A stretch of 64,000 nucleotides of DNA, from positions 6,592 to 70,591 of the forward strand of contig NZ_JAWERU010000002.1 of NCBI RefSeq assembly GCF_032481935.1, read 5' to 3'. Both the position numbers and the translations under genes were made by a program. Shown piece by piece: positions 55,060 through 63,575 of the stretch (positions are counted from its first letter, which is position 1; each line of letters begins with the position of its first letter). This DNA comes from Streptococcus sp. GTDB taxonomy: Bacteria; Bacillota; Bacilli; Lactobacillales; Streptococcaceae. The notes beneath the pieces are model-generated. The model saw only the letters and a program-made list of their open reading frames with translations. It was not told the origin of the DNA and made no database searches.

Positions 55060-56290
55060 AACGGAGAAAAAAGAGGAGCGAGTCCTGCTGATTGGTGTTG
55101 AACTTCAGGGCATGGATAATTTTGACCTCTCCATGGAAGAACTGGCTAGTCTGGCTAAGACGGCTGGTGCAGTTGTAGTCGATAGCTACAGACAAAAACG
55201 TGAAAAATACGACTCCAAGACCTTCGTCGGTTCTGGTAAGTTGGAAGAAATTGCTCAAATGGTGGACGCAGAGGAAATCACGACAGTCATTGTCAACAAC
55301 CGTCTGACACCTCGTCAAAATGTCAATTTAGAAGAAGTTCTAGGGGTCAAGGTTATTGACCGTATGCAGTTGATTTTGGATATCTTTGCCATGAGAGCTC
55401 GAAGCCATGAAGGAAAGCTTCAAGTTCATCTTGCGCAACTCGAGTACCTCTTGCCTCGTTTGGTGGGTCAGGGGATTATGCTTAGCCGTCAGGCAGGGGG
55501 CATTGGTTCTCGTGGTCCAGGTGAAAGTCAGCTGGAGCTTAACCGTCGTAGTGTTCGCAATCAGATCACAGATATTGAGCGTCAACTCAAAGTCGTTGAG
55601 AAAAATCGAGCGACAGTTCGAGAAAAACGTTTGGAGTCAAGTACCTTTAAGATTGGTTTGATTGGCTACACCAATGCTGGAAAGTCAACTATCATGAACA
55701 CCTTGACTAGCAAGACTCAGTATGAGGCAGATGAGCTCTTTGCGACTCTGGATGCGACAACTAAAAGCATTCATCTGGGGGGCAATCTACAGGTAACCTT
55801 GACAGATACCGTTGGATTTATTCAAGATTTACCGACAGAGTTGGTGTCTAGTTTCAAGTCGACCTTGGAAGAAAGCAAGCATGTGGATCTTCTGGTTCAT
55901 GTTATCGATGCCAGCAATCCTTACCACGAGGAGCATGAAAAAACGGTTCTGTCCATCATGAAAGACTTGGATATGGAAGATATTCCGCGCCTGACCCTCT
56001 ACAATAAAGCCGATTTGGTGGAGGATTTCACGCCTACCCAAACGCCTTATGCACTCATTTCTGCCAAGTCTGAGGATAGTCGTGAGAACTTGCAGACTTT
56101 ATTTTTAGAGAAAATCAAGGAGATTTTTGAGAGCTTTACCCTGCGCGTGCCTTTTTCAAAATCCTATAAAATTCATGATTTAGAAAGTGTTGCAATTCTG
56201 GAAGAACGCGATTATCAGGATGGCGGCGAAGTCATTACAGGCTGCATTTCTGAAAAAAATAAATGGAGGTTAGAGGAATTTTATGACTGA
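55052..56290 (+). CDS. hflX: GTPase HflX
   Basis: HflX N-domain plus G-domain motifs [14 protein letters not shown] and NKAD. Overlaps miaA by 8 nt. Confidence 0.92.
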   Translation: MIETEKKEERVLLIGVELQGMDNFDLSMEELASLAKTAGAVVVDSYRQKREKYDSKTFVGSGKLEEIAQMVDAEEITTVIVNNRLTPRQNVNLEEVLGVKVIDRMQLILDIFAMRARSHEGKLQVHLAQLEYLLPRLVGQGIMLSRQAGGIGSRGPGESQLELNRRSVRNQITDIERQLKVVEKNRATVREKRLESSTFKIGLIGYTNAGKSTIMNTLTSKTQYEADELFATLDATTKSIHLGGNLQVTLTDTVGFIQDLPTELVSSFKSTLEESKHVDLLVHVIDASNPYHEEHEKTVLSIMKDLDMEDIPRLTLYNKADLVEDFTPTQTPYALISAKSEDSRENLQTLFLEKIKEIFESFTLRVPFSKSYKIHDLESVAILEERDYQDGGEVITGCISEKNKWRLEEFYD

Positions 56291-56906
56291 TATTAAAACT
56301 TTAGCTCTAAAGTATGGAGGTTATACAAGTCTGGATAAGGTCTTTCTGGATCAGCTTCTAGCTGGTAAAACAGAACAGGAGCAGTTGGCCCTTATCACGC
56401 CTCCGCCAAGTGTGGTCAATGCCTACTTTGCTGAACTCTACCAGAAAAAGAGTCCTGAGGCTGCGATGGATTATTTTGCAGAACTCAGCCAGGAACTGAA
56501 TCTCTACAATGTTGAGCCAAGCTTCACCATAGAAAACAAGCCTTTTATTCGTCTTAATTTATCTGGAAAATCCTTTGGTTTTTGCTATGAGAGTGAGGGT
56601 CTGGGTCGAATTTTTTCTGAAAATAAAGAAGTTATTTCGGAAGATTTGCTCTTTGAAATTGCGCAAATTTTTCCTCATCAACTAGTCTTTGAAGAGTCTG
56701 GTAAGATTTACATGAAGGCTGTTGGAGATGAGGAAGTTGTTAGTGTGGAGAGTCTCACGGCTTTGACGGATTTAGAAAGCTTGGCTGATGGTCGTAAGCG
56801 TCTCAAAGGCTACAGCCAAGAGGATTTACTGCAAGAAGCTAAAGCTTTTTCTGGCAAGCGCTATTTCCGATCGGAAAACCGCACAGCCATGTTATATATT
56901 GATTAA
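56283..56906 (+). CDS. Conserved hypothetical protein
   Basis: 207 aa, soluble, with no motif I recognise. Overlaps hflX by 8 nt, which implies co-translation. Confidence 0.6.
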   Translation: MTDIKTLALKYGGYTSLDKVFLDQLLAGKTEQEQLALITPPPSVVNAYFAELYQKKSPEAAMDYFAELSQELNLYNVEPSFTIENKPFIRLNLSGKSFGFCYESEGLGRIFSENKEVISEDLLFEIAQIFPHQLVFEESGKIYMKAVGDEEVVSVESLTALTDLESLADGRKRLKGYSQEDLLQEAKAFSGKRYFRSENRTAMLYID

Positions 56907-56920
56907 TTAGAAAGTATCGA

Positions 56921-57850
56921 ATGGACATTCAATTTTTAGGAACGGGGGCTGGTCAGCCCTCTAAAGCCCGTAACGTCTCAAGTCTCGCCCTGAAACTCTT
57001 GGATGAGATTAATGAAGTTTGGCTCTTTGACTGTGGAGAAGGAACGCAAAATCGCATTCTGGAAACCACAATTCGACCACGTAAGGTCAGCAAAATCTTT
57101 ATCACCCACCTGCATGGAGACCACATTTTTGGCTTGCCAGGATTCCTTTCTAGCCGTGCTTTTCAGGCCAATGAAGAGCAGACAGATTTGGAAATCTATG
57201 GACCTCAAGGGATCAAGTCCTTTGTTTTAACCAGCCTTCGTGTGTCGGGTTCTCGTTTGCCCTACCGCATTCATTTTCATGAATTTGATCAAGATTCTCT
57301 AGGAAAAATCCTGGAGACCGATAAGTTTACGGTGTATGCAGAGGAGTTGGACCACACTATTTTCTGTGTTGGCTATCGTGTCATGCAAAAGGATTTGGAA
57401 GGAACTTTGGATGCTGAAAAACTCAAGGCTGCTGGAGTCCCATTTGGCCCACTTTTTGGAAAAATCAAAAACGGTCAGGATGTTATCCTAGAAGACGGCA
57501 CCGAGATCAAGGCAGCAGACTACATCTCAGCACCGCGACCTGGTAAGATTATCACCATTTTGGGAGATACTCGAAAAACAGATGCTAGTGTGCGTCTTGG
57601 GGTCAATGCGGATGTTCTTGTCCATGAGTCCACTTATGGTAAAGGTGATGAGAAAATTGCCCGCAATCATGGTCACTCAACCAATATGCAGGCTGCTCAG
57701 GTAGCGGCAGAAGCAGGAGCCAAACGACTCTTGCTCAACCATATCAGTGCACGCTTCCTTTCAAAAGACATTAGTCAACTCAAGAAAGATGCGGCAACGA
57801 TTTTTGAAAATGTCCATGTGGTTAAAGACCTAGAAGAATTGGAAATCTAG
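56921..57850 (+). CDS. rnz: Ribonuclease Z
   Basis: Metallo-beta-lactamase motif HLHGDH and a size typical of RNase Z. Confidence 0.92.
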   Translation: MDIQFLGTGAGQPSKARNVSSLALKLLDEINEVWLFDCGEGTQNRILETTIRPRKVSKIFITHLHGDHIFGLPGFLSSRAFQANEEQTDLEIYGPQGIKSFVLTSLRVSGSRLPYRIHFHEFDQDSLGKILETDKFTVYAEELDHTIFCVGYRVMQKDLEGTLDAEKLKAAGVPFGPLFGKIKNGQDVILEDGTEIKAADYISAPRPGKIITILGDTRKTDASVRLGVNADVLVHESTYGKGDEKIARNHGHSTNMQAAQVAAEAGAKRLLLNHISARFLSKDISQLKKDAATIFENVHVVKDLEELEI

Positions 57851-57870
57851 GATCTCGAGAAAGGATAAAT

Positions 57871-58626
57871 ATGTCTACTATTCTCATTACGGGTGCTAGT
57901 GGTGGTCTAGCCCAAGAAATGGTCAAACTCTTGCCCAATGATCAATTGATTTTGCTGGGTAGAAATAAGGAAAAATTAGCTCAACTATACGGAAATCATC
58001 CTCAGGTAGAATTGATTGAAATTGATATTACTAATGAGCAAGCCTTAGAAGGACTGGTAGCTGACCTCTATCTCCGTTATGGTAAGATTGATGTTTTGAT
58101 TAACAACGCTGGCTACGGGATTTTTGAGGATTTTGACAAGATTTCTAATCAAGATATTCATCAAATGTTTGAGGTTAACACCTTTGCTCTCATGAATCTA
58201 TCACGTTTGCTTGCAGCTCGTATGAAGGAGATGCGAAAAGGGCATATCATCAATATCGTCAGTATGGCAGGATTGATAGCGACTAACAAGTCCAGTCTAT
58301 ACTCTGCGACCAAGTTTGCGGCCATTGGTTTTTCAAATGCTTTGCGCCTCGAACTCATGCCCTATGGTGTCTATGTGACAACGGTTAATCCAGGCCCAAT
58401 CCGTACAGGATTTTTTGACCAGGCTGATCCAGACGGCAGTTATCTCAAATCGGTTGACCGTTTCCTACTCGAGCCAGATGTAGTAGCTAGAAAGATTGTC
58501 AAAACCATAGGGAAAAACAAACGAGAACTCAATCTCCCAGTCTTACTCAATCTAGCCCATAAGTTTTATACCCTCTTTCCCAAGCTAGCAGATAAGTTGG
58601 CTGGAGAAACCTTTAATTATAAGTGA
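57871..58626 (+). CDS. Short-chain dehydrogenase/reductase
   Basis: TGASGGLA cofactor motif, NNAG and the catalytic YSATK. Confidence 0.88.
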   Translation: MSTILITGASGGLAQEMVKLLPNDQLILLGRNKEKLAQLYGNHPQVELIEIDITNEQALEGLVADLYLRYGKIDVLINNAGYGIFEDFDKISNQDIHQMFEVNTFALMNLSRLLAARMKEMRKGHIINIVSMAGLIATNKSSLYSATKFAAIGFSNALRLELMPYGVYVTTVNPGPIRTGFFDQADPDGSYLKSVDRFLLEPDVVARKIVKTIGKNKRELNLPVLLNLAHKFYTLFPKLADKLAGETFNYK

Positions 58627-58828
58627 TAAAGCTGTTTCCTTGAGGAATGGCTTTTTGCTTTAATTAGGAGAAGTTGTTCATCGAAAATAATCCCTAAAAA
58701 TACTGGTATTTTATCTCTATTTGATAGTTTTAGAGTATAATTGAGATAAGAAAGGTCATTAGATAAATGAAGTCCCAAACCAGCTAGCTTACCCTAGATA
58801 ATGCCCTATGTATAGTCGGAGGTCGACA

Positions 58829-59398
58829 ATGGAATTATTGACAATTGACCAAATCATTTCCCTTACCCAAGAAGAAACACAAGGGCTGGACCCTGAGATA
58901 AGAGAAGGGATTGTCCTTAATAAAACAGATTTGCCAGTGTCCGAATTGGATCGTTTGAAAAGTCAACTTCAAATCCAAGATTTGGATCCGATTTTTTGGA
59001 AGTATATTCTGGCCTATAACTGGGGGCAGGTCGGTTTTTTAAGTTACCAGTTTGGATATGGGGACGACACTAGTTTGACTTGGTTGATCAATCGCAATTT
59101 GAAATACCATGATTACTCAACTCTACAAGAAAGCGGCCTGATCATCATTGCAAATGGAGATCCCTACACTATTTTGCTGGATTGTCAATCTGGGGTAGTC
59201 TATGCTCTTGATGCAGAGATGAACTATGATGAAAAAATATGGCTGGCACCAGATTTTCTAGCATTTGTTAGAGCCATGGGAACGGCCCAATTTGCAGTTT
59301 GGAAGGGTTGTGAAAGTGACTTCATCCACTTGATGACTAGAAAAGGCCATGAGTCCAGTTTGATATTCTGGCAGAGTCTGGTCGGATTTTATGATTGA
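58829..59398 (+). CDS. SUKH (SMI1/KNR4)-like protein, putative immunity protein
   Basis: LQIQDLDPIFWKYILAYNWG followed by IIIANGDPYTILLDCQSGVVYALD, the two-block SUKH layout. ATG 58829 lies 7 nt after GGAGG. No signal peptide or TM helix. Confidence 0.5.
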   Translation: MELLTIDQIISLTQEETQGLDPEIREGIVLNKTDLPVSELDRLKSQLQIQDLDPIFWKYILAYNWGQVGFLSYQFGYGDDTSLTWLINRNLKYHDYSTLQESGLIIIANGDPYTILLDCQSGVVYALDAEMNYDEKIWLAPDFLAFVRAMGTAQFAVWKGCESDFIHLMTRKGHESSLIFWQSLVGFYD

Positions 59399-59416
59399 AA
59401 ATAGAAGGAGCAGGTC

Positions 59417-59854
59417 ATGGAATTTATAGTAGCTGAGGAGGGAATTCCTCAAAATATCGGATGTCAGGGAGCCTTGATTGCCTATTATGGCAGTGAGATA
59501 GAATTTCATTATGAAACCGTGCCACCGCACGGTGATGAGATTTTTTCTGCCAAGTTGCCTTTGTTAGAGCTTGAACTACCCTTTTGGATCTATGGGAGAA
59601 ATCTCATATTCTTAGACGCTTACTACCTTTTAGCTGAAACTGTTAAGAAAGGAACGTGGAATCCCATAACCAGTATACTTATCAACATTCATATGGGGAA
59701 GTACGCCAGCCTAGATCACTGGTACAATCATATATCTATTGAGCAAGACGGTCTTGAGTTGAAAAATGATTATGATGGACAAGTCCTGACTTTGAAAACT
59801 GTTGACAATCTTCATTGGATTGCCCTAGACGCTATATCAGAAGAAAGGAACTAA
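59417..59854 (+). CDS. Hypothetical cytoplasmic protein (145 aa) in the immunity-like cluster
   Basis: Good RBS (GAAGGAG, 6-nt spacer) and tight packing with both neighbours. No recognisable family. Confidence 0.55.
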   Translation: MEFIVAEEGIPQNIGCQGALIAYYGSEIEFHYETVPPHGDEIFSAKLPLLELELPFWIYGRNLIFLDAYYLLAETVKKGTWNPITSILINIHMGKYASLDHWYNHISIEQDGLELKNDYDGQVLTLKTVDNLHWIALDAISEERN

Positions 59855-59856
59855 AA

Positions 59857-60921
59857 ATGGCAAAGAAAAGAGTAACTTTACCCAAGGACTTCAATGAACT
59901 ACTAACTGATGGCAATATTGACCAATTAAAGGCCGTGTATGACAAGTGTGAGCTAACTGCCCATAACGGGAGATATAGTTTAAGTACGGCTCTGCATTTT
60001 GGTGGGGTTCCTGATGAGCTGGTTATCTGGCTTGTCGAACAGGGCTTAGATATTAATATCCCTGATTATTATGGTGCAACTCCTTTGTATCGTCAGGCAA
60101 CCATGGGGAGAGAGACTGTAAAACTCTTGCTTGAATTGGGGGCAGATATTGAAAAAAGCAATACTTATGGAAATACACCTCTACACATGGCAGCTGAGTT
60201 TTTTCATCCTAAGACAGTTGCGCTTCTCTTAGAAAAGGGGGCAAGTGTCCATTCTAAGAATGATAGGGGGCAAACTCCCCTAGACTCTGTTCTCACTGTC
60301 TGTCGGGGAATCTATATTGCCCAAACAGCTGAGATCGCCTCTATGCTTCTGGATGCGGGTGCTAAGAAAACACCAGCCATGAAAGAAAAGGTCGAAAATA
60401 TTGGTAAAGATTTTGAGTTTCATAGAGAAGGGATCAATCCTGACTATTTGGAAGCAGCAGATAAGGGTTTAGCCAAACTTTATCGTTTGTTTGATGTCAA
60501 GCCAGTAGCCAAACGAATAACTCATGATGGAGTTTCTACGATTTTAGTAAAAGAAGGTAGTTGGGAGGAGCAATATGAGGAACTTTGGTCCTTCTTAATC
60601 CCTTCAAGTGGCGCAGCAAAAACTGTTCAGGGAGAAGTTATCCGTATACCAGGTCGAGTTCGAGATGAACTGGATCGTAATGGTGGGGCCAACTGGGACA
60701 GGGACTATAGAAAAATGCTTCAGACTCTCCCTCAATATTTGTCTCTAGGAAATCCCCTTTCAGAACAAGAATTAGCAGAGACTAAAGACCTTATTGCTCA
60801 GGTTCATGGGAAAGATTTTGATGACGAGCCTCGCCTAGACCGCCTGTGTCAGCTAGCTATTGCTTGGATTAAGCAAAATCCTGAACCCTTTCTCCTAGCA
60901 AAAACAAGTTATAAGCGTTAA
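59857..60921 (+). CDS. Ankyrin-repeat protein
   Basis: At least three consecutive ANK repeats: GATPLYRQATMGRETVKLLLELGADI, GNTPLHMAAEFFHPKTVALLLEKGASV and GQTPLDSVL. A helical C-terminal domain of about 200 aa follows. ATG 59857 lies 2 nt after the upstream stop. Confidence 0.75.
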   Translation: MAKKRVTLPKDFNELLTDGNIDQLKAVYDKCELTAHNGRYSLSTALHFGGVPDELVIWLVEQGLDINIPDYYGATPLYRQATMGRETVKLLLELGADIEKSNTYGNTPLHMAAEFFHPKTVALLLEKGASVHSKNDRGQTPLDSVLTVCRGIYIAQTAEIASMLLDAGAKKTPAMKEKVENIGKDFEFHREGINPDYLEAADKGLAKLYRLFDVKPVAKRITHDGVSTILVKEGSWEEQYEELWSFLIPSSGAAKTVQGEVIRIPGRVRDELDRNGGANWDRDYRKMLQTLPQYLSLGNPLSEQELAETKDLIAQVHGKDFDDEPRLDRLCQLAIAWIKQNPEPFLLAKTSYKR

Positions 60922-60961
60922 AAAGCATTGGAAGACAGATAAAAAAAGAAATCATGGTGAA

Positions 60962-61552
60962 ATGATGCAACTAATTGACCAAGTTAAGAAAATAGAAACT
61001 TATATTTGTGAGTATTTTGAAGACTGGGATTTGGATGATCCCGTGGAAGAGGAACACCTAGATGATTATCAGAATATTTCTGGTGCTTCCGAGGAAGAGC
61101 TTCAAGCCTTTGAGGAAAGACTTGGTATTCGTCTACCTAGTGACTTCAAAGCGCTTTATAGCTACAAAAATGGGAGTAAATACTTCTCTATTTTACCTTG
61201 TGTGATTGACCAGAGAGAGCTGCCTTTTTCTCTCATGAGTTTGCAGGAAATGGAAAGTTGTAAAAAGTACTTTCAAAATAGAGATGCTTTATTAACAGAA
61301 TTTCCCGACTATTTTTCTAGTCAAGATCTGGAAAATATGCGTGATAGTAGAATAAAGCCCTATCTTTTTAATAAAAAATGGATTCCTTTTGCTCAGTATT
61401 GTGACTCTTGTTATCTTATGCTGGATTTTGATCCAGACCGAGAGGGTCAGGAAGGGCAGATTATTTGCTACATCCATGATCCTGATGAAATTATCTATGT
61501 AGCAGAAAATCTTACGGAGTTGATTGAAGGGATAGTGGATGAGATCAAATGA
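60962..61552 (+). CDS. SMI1/KNR4 (SUKH-1) family protein, putative immunity protein
   Basis: EEELQAFEERLGIRLPSDFKALYSYKNGS ... KWIPFAQYCDSCYLMLDFDPD ... GQIICYIHDPDEIIYVAENL, the canonical SMI1/KNR4 pattern. Confidence 0.75.
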   Translation: MMQLIDQVKKIETYICEYFEDWDLDDPVEEEHLDDYQNISGASEEELQAFEERLGIRLPSDFKALYSYKNGSKYFSILPCVIDQRELPFSLMSLQEMESCKKYFQNRDALLTEFPDYFSSQDLENMRDSRIKPYLFNKKWIPFAQYCDSCYLMLDFDPDREGQEGQIICYIHDPDEIIYVAENLTELIEGIVDEIK

Positions 61553-62298
61553 ACGGACAAATGTATCAGATAGCCTGTATCGTGGCAGCCGCTAGGAAGG
61601 CTTTAAAAAATGATAAAGAAATATGCTATAAGCCTGAAAAATATACAAATAAGTTGAGCTTTCAAATTTTGCCGTCAGAAAAGGGGGAAGTTATAGAACT
61701 ATCTGTATCTGATTGGTTTGAAAACCTTAAGGAAAAAGGTTTGAAGGATTTACAATTATTTTGTCCTATTTCAGTTGAAGACAGAGGGATTTTAGGATTT
61801 TCCAATACAACACAGAGTGCAATTCTCTGTTTTTATAAAGATGGGAAGGCAAGTTATTTCCTATCAAATTGGAAATCTGCTTCCTCAGGCAGAGGCTGGG
61901 ATGTCACCTACACCGAGTATGAATGGGAAAGGTCTTCTCAAGACATTCCTCACTATGAAAATAATCTGGAAGAATTTAAGGACGTATTGGCTCGTATAGA
62001 AGATCTAGCAATTAAAATTGAATGTGAGAACTTTGCAAAAGTCTTTCACTCTGCCAGAAACTTTTTGCTAGACCCAGAATCTGGTAAAGGACTGGCAGAA
62101 CCTCAAATTCCACCGCAACATCTAAGCATATTTAGAGCTGCAAGTGCAGCGGATGTTTTTGGAGCAATGGGTTCCTGGAATGATGAACCTGGATGGCTGG
62201 CACAAGATAAGGGACTGGGTCAAGTATACGATGAACTTTCGGATCAGTTGCTAAGAAATATTCGATTAGCCATTCTATTTGCCATCAATGAATGGTGA
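61549..62298 (+). CDS. Hypothetical cytoplasmic protein (249 aa), translationally coupled to the SMI1/KNR4 gene
   Basis: ATGA start/stop overlap at 61549-61552. No recognisable family. The conserved-looking C-terminal block is FGAMGSWNDEPGW...YDELSDQL. Confidence 0.55.
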   Translation: MNGQMYQIACIVAAARKALKNDKEICYKPEKYTNKLSFQILPSEKGEVIELSVSDWFENLKEKGLKDLQLFCPISVEDRGILGFSNTTQSAILCFYKDGKASYFLSNWKSASSGRGWDVTYTEYEWERSSQDIPHYENNLEEFKDVLARIEDLAIKIECENFAKVFHSARNFLLDPESGKGLAEPQIPPQHLSIFRAASAADVFGAMGSWNDEPGWLAQDKGLGQVYDELSDQLLRNIRLAILFAINEW

Positions 62299-62303
62299 TT
62301 GTT

Positions 62304-62409
62304 TATACTCTTCAAAAATCAAATTCAAACCACGTCAGCTTCGCCTTGTCGTACTCGAGTACAGCCTTTGGCTAGCTTCCTAGTTTGCTCTTTGATTTTC
62401 ATTGGGTAT
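62304..62409 (-). repeat. BOX element (boxC-boxA, inverted) inside the immunity-like cluster
   Basis: TATACTCTTCAAAAATCAAATTCAAACCACGTCAGCTTCGCCTTG ... CTAGTTTGCTCTTTGATTTTCATTGGGTAT. It starts 6 nt after the upstream stop and ends 1 nt before the next gene's RBS (TAGGAGGAAG). Confidence 0.85.
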
Positions 62410-62422
62410 TAGGAGGAAGAAA

Positions 62423-63379
62423 ATGGGGAAGCTAAAGTTAAGCCTATTAAAAAAATGGGAACTAGACAAGGACTATAATAGTGTTCTCAATTCTGTCATG
62501 TTACAGGATGGTAGAGCCTTTGTCTTGACCAGTGAGAAGGAAGATTTCAATCGCTACTGTCTGCTTGAAGTATCGCCTTTGGGTGTGAAGGAGATAGATG
62601 CTTGGGATTGTGACCATGTTTGGGAGGAAGAGCCTCTACTCTTTACAGATGGACAAAACATTGGCATCATCAAGGCTGGTAAGGAAATAGTCTATTATAC
62701 TGGTGATTTTTCTCATCCAGAAATCATTGCCATAAAGGATTCGCAAAGTATACTTCCTAAAAAGGCACAAGAGAGATATTTTCAAATAGTATCAGATAGC
62801 GACCAGATACCCGTGTGTTTTGAAGATCAAGTTTATTCAAATCAGGCAAGAAACTTTGCCCTTTTAGAATTTGATAGAGAGAAAAAGCAGGCTAAGTGGA
62901 CCACTTATTCGCATATTGATAAAAAAGATTTAAACCACCACGACAGGAGCACAGATGCTTGTCCTAAAATCGATAGTCTGAAATGGTGGCAGCAAGAGCT
63001 TTATGCCTTTAGCTCTGGAGAAAGCCAAACCTCCGTCAATAAATGGGGCATGGACTATTATGCCCTAGTTAAAATCTCTAGTGATGGTCGTATTATCGAA
63101 AAGTTATTAGAATCTGAACATTTAAAGGCTTTAGGTAAAAAAGCTGGTGTCAATGGACTCTTTACGGATTCGCCTTATCTTATCCTGAGCCCCCTATTTA
63201 AGAATGATGACTGGAAAGGCAAGCAAAAGCTATTTTCTCTGGCAACAAGAGAACTGTGCGAAATAGCCATGCCTAGAGGAATGAGTAAACATAAGGTTCA
63301 AAATATAACAGACAACTATTGTTTAACCTTTCTGTACGACAGAGGATTAAAAGAACTTGCCCTTTGTCAGATTGACTAG
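62423..63379 (+). CDS. Hypothetical cytoplasmic protein (318 aa)
   Basis: ATG 62423 lies 7 nt after AGGAGGA. The track start at 62402 lies within the BOX element. No recognisable family. Confidence 0.55.
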   Translation: MGKLKLSLLKKWELDKDYNSVLNSVMLQDGRAFVLTSEKEDFNRYCLLEVSPLGVKEIDAWDCDHVWEEEPLLFTDGQNIGIIKAGKEIVYYTGDFSHPEIIAIKDSQSILPKKAQERYFQIVSDSDQIPVCFEDQVYSNQARNFALLEFDREKKQAKWTTYSHIDKKDLNHHDRSTDACPKIDSLKWWQQELYAFSSGESQTSVNKWGMDYYALVKISSDGRIIEKLLESEHLKALGKKAGVNGLFTDSPYLILSPLFKNDDWKGKQKLFSLATRELCEIAMPRGMSKHKVQNITDNYCLTFLYDRGLKELALCQID

Positions 63380-63575
63380 GCTGTGAGGCTGATTTTGAGA
63401 GCTTTTTTATTGATAGGTGCTGAAATTTCTTGATTAGTCTACAGTATCTATTTTGTGCTGTTTTTTGTGAAATTTGACCAAGTATTGCAAATAAACAGTT
63501 AAAATAGTATACTAGAACTAGCAATTATGAAAATGTTTGCACTTTTGTTGATGATGATTATTTAGGAGACAAGAC

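Noticed and set aside
8037-55318. Long antisense or alternate-frame ORFs inside real genes (for example 9474-9878, 11000-11353, 20093-20536, 24780-25184, 39499-39861, 50228-50539, 51924-52259, 54920-55318)
   Set aside because: They are shadow ORFs opposite strongly supported genes. They have no RBS, biased or low-complexity composition and no recognisable motifs.
3732-62422. N-terminal extensions of several track ORFs (starts at 3732, 5177, 10211, 10554, 28043, 33202, 32991, 54151, 58808, 59815, 62402)
   Set aside because: In each case an internal ATG with a properly spaced GGAG-type RBS, and an N-terminus matching the family, is available. The extensions overlap upstream genes, promoters or BOX DNA.
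63380-63575. Mini-ORF MKMFALLLMMII and TGCAAA/TTTGCA half-sites upstream of the GH13 gene (possible MalR-type operator or leader peptide)
   Set aside because: The half-sites are about 55 nt apart and do not form a proper palindrome. The mini-ORF lacks an RBS. The evidence is insufficient.
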